Source: Verrucomicrobiota bacterium
Lineage (GTDB): Bacteria; Verrucomicrobiota; Verrucomicrobiia; Limisphaerales; JBBRPK01
Reading direction: 5' to 3'
DNA length: 64,000 nucleotides
Assembly (NCBI GenBank): GCA_038228235.1
Contig: JBBRPK010000012.1
Location: 4,868-68,867 of the forward strand
A model generated the notes under the pieces. The model was not told the origin of the DNA and ran no database searches. It was given only the letters and a program-made list of their open reading frames with translations. Shown here piece by piece: positions 30,001 through 35,954 of the stretch (its first letter is position 1; each line of letters begins with the position of its first letter). Position numbers and translations under genes: made by a program.

Positions 30001-32607
30001 ATCGCTTACACGGTAGCCACCAACCCTGTCGCAATCGCGCGCACGGGAGTCGTGATGGTGGCCGGGCTGCCCTACACGGTGAGCCAATTGGGCGCGACCT
30101 GCCATTACACCATCTTACCCATCAGTCGCGCGCATGGTTTTGCCGCTGCCACCGGCACGGTAACCGTGGCGACGATCGGCGGATGCGCATGGACGGTGGA
30201 CAACACCAATAGCTGGATTAGTATCGCCTCCAACACCAACGCGACGAATAGCGGGACCGTGAGTTATACTTTGCCAGCCAACCCCACGGGTTTGACGCGG
30301 ACCGGTCTGGTTACGATAGCCGGCCTGACATTCACCCTCAGCCAATTGCCGGCTCCTTGCACGTTTGCAATTTCTCCAACCAATCGAATCCATGGATCCG
30401 GCTCGGAGACCGGTTTAGTGACGGTCACCTCGCTCATTGGCTGCAATTGGTCGGTGAATAACACGAACAGTTGGATCACGATCAATTCTGGCCCGGTCGG
30501 CACCGGCAGCGGCCTAGTGAGCTACACCGTCCTGCCAAATCCCAATCCCGGCACCCGAATCGGCGTTTTTGCCATTGCCGGCCAGTCCTTCACGGTGACA
30601 AACCTGGGAGGCGTCTCTTTGGTTTGCCCAGCCAATAAGACGGTGGAATGTGGTTCAACATGGGATTTCGATCTGCCGAGCGCTACGAGCATTTGTGGCG
30701 CATCTAACATTACAATCCAGATCTTGACCACGGTTACGAACACCTTGGGTTCCTGCGGGAATACCTTCACGGCAACACGTACTTGGCAAGCCAACGACAC
30801 CTGCGGCAGCTTCGCTAACTGCAGCCAGATTGTCCGAGTGGTGGACACGACGCCGCCCGCACTCATTTGCGCCCTCAACAAAACGGTCGAATGGGGCGTC
30901 CCTTGGAGCTTCGATGCGCCGACGGCCACGGACATCTGTAGCGCTGGCAGTGTCACCATTCAGGCTGTGAGCACCGTCACAAATGCCTCAGGCTGCGGAA
31001 ACACTTTTACAACCACACAAACCTGGCAGGTGAGCGATGGTTGCAACAATCGCGCCACGTGCAGTCAGGTCGTGAGCGTCGTGGATACCACCCCGCCCAT
31101 ACTCACGTGCGCCAATGACAAGGGAGTAATCTGCGGAACATTCTGGACTTTTGACGCGCCTACGGCCTTCGACCTGGCCAGCGGGGCAAATGTGACGATT
31201 ACGATACTCAGCACGGTGACTAACGGTAACTGCCAAAGCTTTGAGGCGATCCGCACCTGGAAGGCGTCCGATCAATGTAGCAACAGCACAACGTGCAGCC
31301 AGACCGTTACGAACGCTCAAGTGCTCATTGGAGGCACAGTCTATGATCCGATCCTTTATCCATCGAGCAGTCCATCTGATAAACGGATTGCGGGCCTCAC
31401 GCTGAACCTGACCGGGGATGCAAACCAAAGCATCCAGACGGCAGCCGATGGGAGCTATACCTTGAACGGAAATGCCGGGGGCAATTTTACCGTCACCCCG
31501 AGCCTGCCCAACAGCAATCCCGCAGCCAATGGAGTGACCACGGTTGACATCTCGCTCATCCGCAGGCACATTCTGAACATCGCTCTCCTGGACTCGCCCT
31601 ACAAGTTGCTGGCCGCCGACGTGAATGGCTCCCGATCGGTGACGACCCTGGATATTTCCTGGATTCGAAAGATGATTCTCGGCGTGACCAATATTTTCCC
31701 GGCCGGATTATGGCGATTAGTCCCTTCCGATTACGTTTTTCCGGATCCACAAAATCCCTGGGATGCGCCCTCCAGCCGGAGTTATGCGAACCTCTTGGTA
31801 GATCAGACTGCTCAAGACTTCCTGGCCATCAAGTTGGGCGATGTAAACAATTCCTGGGCGGCGCCGCTGGGGGCCAAACCTCTCACCGCCCGTTCGGCAA
31901 GGGGAGTCCGGCCAGCGCAAATTGAGCGCGCCGCCGTCACTGCCCCCACGGGCCCCGAGGTGATGTTCCAAGTGAGCCATCATACGAACCAACCGGGAGA
32001 GACAATAGCGGCACAGATAACCGTGAGCGGGTTCCGCCAAGTGACGAGCGCGCAGTTTACCATGGCTTGGGATCCGATGATCCTGCAGTACGAGGGAACC
32101 GGAGGTTATGCTCTGCCGGGACTTTCGTCGGGCAATTACGGCACCTTGTTGACCAATAGTGGCAAATTGAGCTTCTCCTGGGACGACCCGCAAGCCGCAG
32201 GGGTTACCTTGCCTGACGGAACCACGATTTTCACCTTGAGCTTCAAGGTTGCCGGGAGCATCGGAAATGTCTCCCCCTTGAACCTCGTCGATACGGTCGC
32301 GGAACGGGAAGTGGGCATCAACTTCTCTCTCGGAACTTTCGCCGCATTGAATGGCCAGGTCACCGTTGGGGACGCGTTGCCCTCGGCGCTCCCGGTAAAA
32401 TTGACTCAGGGCCTCTACAGCCAGGACTCCTTTTCTCTCCCCTTGACAACCATCAAAGGCCAGCATTACATACTCGAATTTACTGATGTTTTGCCTGGCA
32501 CTAATTGGACCGCGTTGCCCGCAGTCACCGGGGATGGCACTATGACCATCCTGAAGGATCCTGCTGCTCCAGCCCGGCACCGCTTTTACCGGCTCCGAAT
32601 CCAGTAA
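18010..32607 (+). CDS. Giant secreted scaffold-like protein C: cohesin-like x3, ~45 BACON-like repeats, 3 Cys-rich HYR-like repeats, dockerin-like, C-terminal RFYR domain
   Basis: 4865-aa ORF with signal peptide (ASYA|A); repeats counted from the translation. Dockerin-like NGVTTVDISLIRRHIL..AADVNGSRSVTTLDISWIRKMILG; ends RFYRLRIQ. Confidence 0.88.
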   Translation: MRPRMIKPLKQKLWAVLLLMTLWMSSASYAAERSVSAMDMSVSRGQTNRLSVVLASQGDENTLNFSLCYDPSLLIFIDAVRGSDATNAQATLSVDKNQIGSGQVGLVLGLPSGQTFAPAGSKSIVQVVFQAATGTDTVSTPVMLCDSPVGRQVTGASSALLSATYSDATVTILGTCAYSLATSGASFSPSSGTGTIGITTDNWCDWNVVNTNNWIALTSATNGTGNGSVAYSVSSNTTHLARSGTLAIADQSFTIRQDPADCTYTLGFTSANYGAGSLSDTVTVGTPTGCVVTAVSGTNWITITSTTNTSPTNSIVTYHVLANPTHLARTGTVAIANQTLTISQAPANCTYTLGFNTTNYGFASINDAVSAGTLTGCVVTAVSGTNWIRINSVTSNSPNSSTVAYSVSANPTHLARTGTVAIANQTLTVSQDPAPCAYTLGFNSATYGPASVNDTVNVGTLTGCVVSAVSGTNWITITSTTSTSATNSTVGYSVSANPTHLARTGAVAIANQVLTISQDPANCTYTLGFSSTNYGSAGISDTVSVGTLTGCVVTAVSGTNWITINSITSNSPNGSTVGFSVSANPTHLGRTGTVAIANQVLTISQDPANCTYTLGFNSTNYGSAGISDTVNVGTLTGCVVTAVSGTNWIKITSTTSNTPNSSTVGYSVSANPTHLARTGTVAVANQVLTISQDPANCTYTLGFNSVDYGPGSITDTVSVGTLTGCVVTAVSGTNWITITSTTSNNPTNSTLSYSVSANPTHLARTGTVAIANQILTISQHPANCIYTLGFNNTNYGSSAVTDTVSVGTLTGCVVTAVSGTNWITINSITSNNPNSSTVGYGVSANPTHLARTGTVAIANQILTISQDPANCAYTLGFNSANYGSAAVSDTVSVGTLTGCVVSALSGTNWITITSTTSTSATNGTVGYSVSANPTHLARTGTVAVANQILTISQDPANCAYTLGFNSVDYGAGSISDTVSVGTLTGCVVTAVSGTNWITINSITSNSPNGSTVGYSVSANPTHLARTGTVAVANQVLTISQGPANCTYTLGFNSTNYGSAAINDTVSVGTLTGCVVTAVSGTNWITINSITSNSPNSSTVGYSVSANPTHFARTGTVAIANQTLTISQGSANCTYTLGFNSVDYGPGSITDTVSVGTLTGCVVTALSGTNWITINSITSNSPNSSVVGYSVSANPTHLARTGTVAIANQTLTVSQDPANCTYTLGFNSTNYGSAAVSDAVSVGTLTGCVVTAVSGTNWITINSITSTSPNSSVVGYSVSANPTHLARTGTVAIANQVLTVSQDPANCTYTLGFNSTNYGSAAISDTVSVGTLTGCVVTALSGTNWITINSITSNSPNSSTVGYSVSANPTHLARTGTVAIANQVLIVSQDPANCTYTLGLTGISYGPGFVTDTLSVGTLTGCVVTAVSGINWITVTSTTSNSPTNSTVGYSVSANPTHLARTGTVAVANQMLTISQGPANCTYTLGFNSINYGPGPISDSVSVGTLTGCVVTAVSGTNWITITSVTSPTPDTTMVGYSVSANPTHLARTGSVAIANQVLTISQDPANCAYALGFNSTNYGFAIISDRVSVSTLTGCVVTAVSGTNWIAITSNTSNSPNSSTVDYTVSANPTHLARTGIVAIANQILTISQDPANCTYTLGFDSASYGPGAIGDTVSVGTLTGCVVTAVSGTNWISIASITNNTPDRAAVSYLVAANPTGLARTSTVAIANQVLTVRQDPAPCTYTLGSSSRNYGFAATSDSVSVTTLLGCPWSAVSGANWITINSANNTTNSGSVSYTVAANPNGLARTGTVAVAGQLLAIRQDPAPCTYLLGFTSVSYGFGTNADQVSVTTLLGCPWRVVTSNSWISIISASNNTNNGTVGYTVQANPTGLARTGVVMIADQLLSVRQDPAPCAYNLAFHSANYGFGPADDAVNVTTLVGCSWTALSGANWITVTSSPNNAGSGAASYKVSANPNGLTRTGLVAIANQFLTITQDPAPCTYALGFSSMRYGPGATNDMAGMTTLIGCPWSVLSGTDWITITSAASNTNSGTISYTVAANPTGLARTGVVSAANQTLVVRQDAAPCTYALSPSNWVHRSSSETGAVNVATLLGCSWSVSNTNDWVTITSINNDPTNGSFGYTVSANPGAGSRTGQLMIGDKLFTIGQVGTACTYALSPTNRFHGPGTAVNSVRLIAGSGCAWTIIVTNDWITFTNTSGAGPSTNYYSLTANKSSRPRTGAVSLGGEVFTLTQWGTNCAFLLTPANPAPYSYGGGNATVSLAASTPNCSWNVINNNTWITITNGGTGSVGSLGYTVAFNLSPNPRTGVVTIGGEILTVSQAGFPCTYTLSPGSGVYGFSATNAQVSLVASNLCPWMMVNTNDWITITPSRSTNGLGSATFSFAVDANPTAIPRVGVVMIADQLFPVRQEGAPCTFTLSNTNDAHDFGSGVGAVALTSVPGCDWFVSNSNTWILISSGTSGTGSGEIDYAIDPNPSGLGRTGAVMIADQVLNIIQAGAPCAFGISPGLRTHGAGMETGVVNVTTLTGCPWAVSNMNSWITISSALTATDNGPVNYVVAPNQSVLGRTGVVMIANQPFTVVQVGANCSFSILPIARLHSSALETGQVAVTAISGCAWIVGNTNSWITITSSLRNTNSGTVNYTVGQNTSPNSRSGTVTIASQPFTVTQSGITCAYALSPATRVHGSGPETGQVTVTTSNLCDWSALNTNSWITLAPPASGTGNGTVNYSLLTNSGPSRSGTLVIGGMPFVVSQNGSLRLARASDMSIRRGQTNNLIIVLEALGNENAVSLSLNYDTNLLTFIKLAKSKDVTDPNASLIPNTNQAASNGRVGFLFGLSPGGLFHAGANNIVEASFRAAAGNASAVTPVTIGNTPVASDVADANGNSLPASYSNATVTIMGLCSYSLATNGASFGASGGDGVLNVTADPGCAWNVSNSNGWINTSAATSPGNGSVSYTVAANLNGLPRVGLLTIAGFPFTVTQAAAPCAYSLSPTNWLHGAGSETGLVAVSATSGCSWSASTANNWITLTSTSNGAVAYRLDANPSSVARTGSILVADQTFTVNQAGARCVYSIAPVNGVHGAGVETGTVAVAAMTGCSWNAASSNSWITILAGSNGMATGAVVYAVAINPSVTARAGVLTIAGQTFTVSQLGADCGYTLSPMNLVYGYWATNGLVNVTTSSNGCGWSVVNTNTWIRLTAGANGTGAGTVAFSVDANRLGAVRVGILNIAGQNVTISQAASPCVFSLTSPSFSCSFLQTNSQVNVGVFSSCGWSIQNSNSWINITSSLTNNFGNGTVSFTVLGNPTGLPRLGIIVIADQLFAVNQAAVPCTYNLGSTTASYGFALITGTVNLTTLSGCPWSVLSEAPWISINSAANNSGSGLVSYTVQNNPMALARTGLVAIANQVLTVRQDPAPCAYNLGLNGAHYGPGLNTDQVSVGTPTGCVWAVLSGTNWITINSAANNTNSGFVVYTVAPNPTGLPRTGIVAIANQVLTVTQDPAPCLYALGFNTVSYDFGANTDQVSVTTLTGCVWSAASSTNWITITSGTNNIGSANVSYTIANNPGVLTRTGVAVIAGQLLTVTQSGIPCAYSLSQSNQDHGAGSETGLVTVTTLNGCGWTVVNTNSWISINPTNTSGAKTAIISYAVDANPSPDGRTGVVTIASIPFTVTQAGIPCVFGLVPTSANALSGVGSFTVAITNSNPLCHWSGTVINTNNWIIPKRITSGSFTYNVTVNPDPVTRTGYMIIADQLYTVHQAGSQCTYTLSEMNHTYGSVSDTGMVSVITGNGCAWTASNTNNWITFTSPTNLTSFGSVSYSVATNFFPTNRTGYLTVAGQLYTVTQLAGACAYTLTPGNSPTHNYAGDTGVVSVASFCSWSVIKTNSWITLLSGPSGTGNGTFSYSVLTNPTALVRTGVITLSGVAYTVTQMGAPCTYTISPAARVHSGLLETGIVNVASLVGCNWSVSNTNSWITLPSGTNGSGTMNIAYTVATNPVAIARTGVVMVAGLPYTVSQLGATCHYTILPISRAHGFAAATGTVTVATIGGCAWTVDNTNSWISIASNTNATNSGTVSYTLPANPTGLTRTGLVTIAGLTFTLSQLPAPCTFAISPTNRIHGSGSETGLVTVTSLIGCNWSVNNTNSWITINSGPVGTGSGLVSYTVLPNPNPGTRIGVFAIAGQSFTVTNLGGVSLVCPANKTVECGSTWDFDLPSATSICGASNITIQILTTVTNTLGSCGNTFTATRTWQANDTCGSFANCSQIVRVVDTTPPALICALNKTVEWGVPWSFDAPTATDICSAGSVTIQAVSTVTNASGCGNTFTTTQTWQVSDGCNNRATCSQVVSVVDTTPPILTCANDKGVICGTFWTFDAPTAFDLASGANVTITILSTVTNGNCQSFEAIRTWKASDQCSNSTTCSQTVTNAQVLIGGTVYDPILYPSSSPSDKRIAGLTLNLTGDANQSIQTAADGSYTLNGNAGGNFTVTPSLPNSNPAANGVTTVDISLIRRHILNIALLDSPYKLLAADVNGSRSVTTLDISWIRKMILGVTNIFPAGLWRLVPSDYVFPDPQNPWDAPSSRSYANLLVDQTAQDFLAIKLGDVNNSWAAPLGAKPLTARSARGVRPAQIERAAVTAPTGPEVMFQVSHHTNQPGETIAAQITVSGFRQVTSAQFTMAWDPMILQYEGTGGYALPGLSSGNYGTLLTNSGKLSFSWDDPQAAGVTLPDGTTIFTLSFKVAGSIGNVSPLNLVDTVAEREVGINFSLGTFAALNGQVTVGDALPSALPVKLTQGLYSQDSFSLPLTTIKGQHYILEFTDVLPGTNWTALPAVTGDGTMTILKDPAAPARHRFYRLRIQ
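18793..23229 (+). repeat. 17 tandem 261-bp (87-aa) intragenic repeats
   Basis: The leading Cys codon recurs every 261 bp (checked at 18793, 19576, 19837, 20881, 22969, 23230). Long near-identical DNA stretches, e.g. CAGGACCCGGCCAATTGC and GCCAATCCCACGCAT. Confidence 0.95.
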
Positions 32608-32633
32608 TTCCGCGAAATAAATCTGTGCGCATT

Positions 32634-34064
32634 ATGAAGTGTTTTCCGAAGTTGGAGTTTAGCTTAAGAATTAAATTTATTGGCATCCTCTTTTTGAGTC
32701 TGCTCGTGGCTATGGCAAACGAGGCGAAAAGTGACCCTCCCCCCGGCCCGGTGTTCACCATCGGGAGCACCAACGGACTGCCGGGAGATGACGTCCTGAT
32801 ACCGGTTCAGTTGAGTGGATGCTTTACCCTGCTTACCATGCAATTCTCACTCCATTGGGACCCGACGATGGCCACATTTATGGATGTGGAACAGTTCGGG
32901 TTGCCTGGGATGACTCCCGGTAATTTCGCTACCAATAGCGGTGTGCTGAAGATCACGTGGGACGAGCCTACCACCAGGGGAACTAACCTCCCGGTTATGA
33001 CCACCATTTTTGCGGTCCGCCTCCACTTGATTGGGTCCCTTGGATCCTCGAGCAATCTATTCATCAACGGAACCCCGACAGTCTTGGAGGTTTCATCTGA
33101 TCAAAATATTTTGTCACCCACTCTCCTTCCAGGCACCTTGACTATCGGCCCCCAAACAACTCGACCGCCAATCTTCCAACCATTGAGCAACTTCCTCGCT
33201 GAAGTGTTGTTGCCGCTGAAGGTCACCAATGTGGCCACCGATCCAAATATTCCTCCGAACCATTTGACGTTCCAAATCGTGGGTGGGCCAAAGGGATCCC
33301 TTATCAATCGGACCAATGGGGCGGTGGTCTGGGTTCCTTCCCGAAGCCAAGCACACAGCACCAACTGTTTCACCATCCTTGCCACGGACGATGGCAATCC
33401 GCCAATGAGCGCGGTTAATACCTTTGCGGTCATTGTGGGTGACTATCTGGAGTTGAGCTTGGGCAGGTTTGTCGTGCGCAGCGGAGACACCGGCAGCGTA
33501 TTCATCACCGTAACTAATACCACCGGAGTGACGAATATCAGCGCTTCCCTGTTCGTGCCGCCGGATGCGCTGACAGGCCTGGGATTATCAGGTGTTGCGC
33601 CCGGCATCCAATTTGCCACGTTGACGGACCAGGGAGGCGGCCTTTTAAGCGTAAGTTTCAGCCCTACCAACGGCCAAAGCATCCAAGCCAGCCAGGTGCT
33701 CGGCCACTTGGATTTCACAGTCGTGGCCACCCAATCGATGTTTGTGCCGCTGGTCATTTCCAACGTCGTCGCCATCCAATCAAATGGGGTTCCTTTAGTG
33801 AGAACCTTGGCAGGGTCTGGACGGGTTGCGGTAGTGGCGAACGAACCATTGCTAGAGGCCGTGGCGTCGACCAATCTGCAGCCCTTCCTAATTCTTTACG
33901 GTCAAACGGGTTCGAATTACGTGGTGCAATCGACGACCGATCCAGCGATTCAGTCCGCCAGTTGGCGAACCGCTTGGCAGGGCCAGCCCACCAATCTTTC
34001 TCAGGTGCTGCCACTCACGATTACGAACAACCAAAACGTTCTCTTCTTCCGCTCTTTCAAGTAA
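32634..34064 (+). CDS. Secreted protein D: cohesin-like, cadherin/Ig-like, second cohesin-like fold, C-terminal FFR domain
   Basis: ATG 32634 gives a signal peptide (ORF track start 32505 overlaps the upstream gene). QFSLHWDP..LPG..GNF..ITWDEP..LP..TTIF; ends VLFFRSFK. Confidence 0.8.
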   Translation: MKCFPKLEFSLRIKFIGILFLSLLVAMANEAKSDPPPGPVFTIGSTNGLPGDDVLIPVQLSGCFTLLTMQFSLHWDPTMATFMDVEQFGLPGMTPGNFATNSGVLKITWDEPTTRGTNLPVMTTIFAVRLHLIGSLGSSSNLFINGTPTVLEVSSDQNILSPTLLPGTLTIGPQTTRPPIFQPLSNFLAEVLLPLKVTNVATDPNIPPNHLTFQIVGGPKGSLINRTNGAVVWVPSRSQAHSTNCFTILATDDGNPPMSAVNTFAVIVGDYLELSLGRFVVRSGDTGSVFITVTNTTGVTNISASLFVPPDALTGLGLSGVAPGIQFATLTDQGGGLLSVSFSPTNGQSIQASQVLGHLDFTVVATQSMFVPLVISNVVAIQSNGVPLVRTLAGSGRVAVVANEPLLEAVASTNLQPFLILYGQTGSNYVVQSTTDPAIQSASWRTAWQGQPTNLSQVLPLTITNNQNVLFFRSFK

Positions 34065-34746
34065 CCAGCGGAGCAGTTAATTCCCAAATACGGGCGCTGA
34101 CTGCTGCGACACTTTGGGTGGCATCAATCAAACGGATGCGTTTGGACTCAGTTTCAGCGATGGCGCGATAGCCTTTTTCCACTCTCTCGAAAAAATGCCG
34201 ATCGGCCTCTTCCATCCGATCTCGCACCTGAGCTGCGGGCAGGGAGCCGCTTGAGCCAGGGGGTTCCTGCGCGGAGGCAAGCGACAACGAGGTTTGTCGA
34301 TGGAGGCGGCGATTCTCGCTGACAACGACGGGCACCATCAAGAGCAAGGTTAGATGCGGACGGGTGTCCCCTACGGCGAAGCTGATCAAGGCCTGCACCG
34401 CTTTTAAATCCAGTTCCCGGCCATAGCCCTGGTAAGCGATTGTAGAATCATAAAACCGATCGCATAAAACGATTTCGCCGGCGTCCAGCGCTGGGCGGAT
34501 GACCTCCCGCACAAGTTGCGCGCGGCTCGCATTCATGAGGAGGAGTTCCGCTTCCGCCGTCATCGCGCGATTCTCCTCACTGTGTTTGAGAAGGTGGCGA
34601 ATTTCTTCTCCGATGGGTGTGCCGCCTGGTTCGCGCAGCGAGCGCACTGTTCTGCCGAGCGCGCGGAGGCGTTGAGCCAGAAGCGCCATCTGAGTAGTTT
34701 TGCCTCCGCCCTCTGTGCCTTCCAGAGTGATGAAGAGGCCGCTCAT
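34057..34746 (-). CDS. tmk: Thymidylate kinase
   Basis: FITLEGTEGGGKTTQ P-loop, REPGGT, CDRFYDSTIAYQGYGR. Confidence 0.97.
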   Translation of the reverse strand: MSGLFITLEGTEGGGKTTQMALLAQRLRALGRTVRSLREPGGTPIGEEIRHLLKHSEENRAMTAEAELLLMNASRAQLVREVIRPALDAGEIVLCDRFYDSTIAYQGYGRELDLKAVQALISFAVGDTRPHLTLLLMVPVVVSENRRLHRQTSLSLASAQEPPGSSGSLPAAQVRDRMEEADRHFFERVEKGYRAIAETESKRIRLIDATQSVAAVSARIWELTAPLVT

Positions 34747-34765
34747 GCTCTGGAAGATCGGGGCG

Positions 34766-35860
34766 CTACTTGATTGAGAACGGGCCTAAGCCGACCGAGG
34801 GGCCGGCGTTGGCCTGAGGATTGGGTTTCCCTATTGAAACAGGGACAGGAACTGGCGCGTGGACGACGGAGTTGGTATCTTTTGGAAAATCCGTCACCAT
34901 ATAATCCACCAAGGACAGAACCTGCTGTTCGGTCAAAATCCCCCCGCTTTTTTGAGCGAATGCAGGCATGAGCGAGTTCGCCTTTCCTTCGGCAATCGCA
35001 TAGGCCCAGTACTCGCGAGTATCCGGATGTTTGAGCACACGAAGGTCGGGGACCATGGTGGCACGGTGCTCGGCGTCGTGGCAAACAGCACAAGCCCCGA
35101 CATAAAGATCCTTCCCTAATTTGCCGATGGCGGGCTTGACATGGCATTCCGCGCAGTCGCTTTTGAAAACCGCCTGCCGGTCGGCCTGGGCCAAGGCCAG
35201 ATTGCGCGTCCGATCCATGCTGTTTGTGGCCGGGGCAATCAGCGGAACGACCGGAATAGTGACTCTTACCAGCAATTGTTTCATTCCAGCCGTGCTGTCC
35301 ACCGTCACCGATTTCATAATCGTGCCGCTTTTCCCGCGCAGGTCAACCGTCACATTGATCGGGCCATTGCTGCCCGAAGCGAGGTGCCAGGGCTGTTCAG
35401 GCAATTTGGCCACCGTACAACCGCACGAAGTAGTGACCTTGTTCACCAATACTTCAGAGGAAGATACATTGGTGAGCGTAAAGGTAAAATTGGCAGCGGC
35501 TTCTCCCGCTTTGGCCGCATAATCCTTTTGTTCGGCATCAAAAGCCAACGCTCCGGGATTGGTAATTTGCGCGGGCGCAGGCGCCACAGCAGGCGCGGGG
35601 GCCAGGAGAGGGTTGGGGGCGACGGCCGGAGGGTTGAGCAGTGGTACGGGGACGCTTGGCACAACCGTGAGAACAGGCCGGGTCGTGTCCCCTCCCGTTC
35701 GCAAAGGAACAGGCCGGAACGGCGGGGTGGTCCGTTTGGCCGGTGGCGGCGGCAAGGGGGGAGTGGGAGGCGAATCCTGCGCCGGCATGTTCAGAGGCGC
35801 GCTGATGCCAAAGCACACTATCAGGCAACGCCATTGCAAAACCCCATTATTAGTCATCAT
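34766..35860 (-). CDS. DUF1573-like Ig domain fused to a c-type cytochrome region with two CxxCH motifs; Pro-rich N-terminus
   Basis: FTLTN..VTTSCGCT (DUF1573 signature), CAECH and CAVCH, distal SLMPAF. Start uncertain (ORF extends to 35893). Confidence 0.75.
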   Translation of the reverse strand: MMTNNGVLQWRCLIVCFGISAPLNMPAQDSPPTPPLPPPPAKRTTPPFRPVPLRTGGDTTRPVLTVVPSVPVPLLNPPAVAPNPLLAPAPAVAPAPAQITNPGALAFDAEQKDYAAKAGEAAANFTFTLTNVSSSEVLVNKVTTSCGCTVAKLPEQPWHLASGSNGPINVTVDLRGKSGTIMKSVTVDSTAGMKQLLVRVTIPVVPLIAPATNSMDRTRNLALAQADRQAVFKSDCAECHVKPAIGKLGKDLYVGACAVCHDAEHRATMVPDLRVLKHPDTREYWAYAIAEGKANSLMPAFAQKSGGILTEQQVLSLVDYMVTDFPKDTNSVVHAPVPVPVSIGKPNPQANAGPSVGLGPFSIK

Positions 35861-35920
35861 AGCAATCCTCAATCCTAGCGAATTAAAGGCCAATTGACCA
35901 GCAAAATCTAAGAATAATCA

Positions 35921-35948
35921 TTGATTTTTGGCAGCCTTCCGATACTCT
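35921..35948 (+). promoter_or_regulatory. Sigma70-like promoter of gene E
   Basis: TTGATT-16 bp-TACTCT, 6 nt before ATG 35955. Confidence 0.45.
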
Positions 35949-35954
35949 CACCTG

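Noticed and set aside
4448-34064. True cellulosome or polysaccharide-degradation locus
   Set aside because: No glycoside hydrolase, lyase or esterase catalytic domain could be recognised in A-D.
34220-34300. Extra segment in Tmk as an intein or mobile insert
   Set aside because: Only ~20 low-complexity residues in the variable LID region; no intein motifs.
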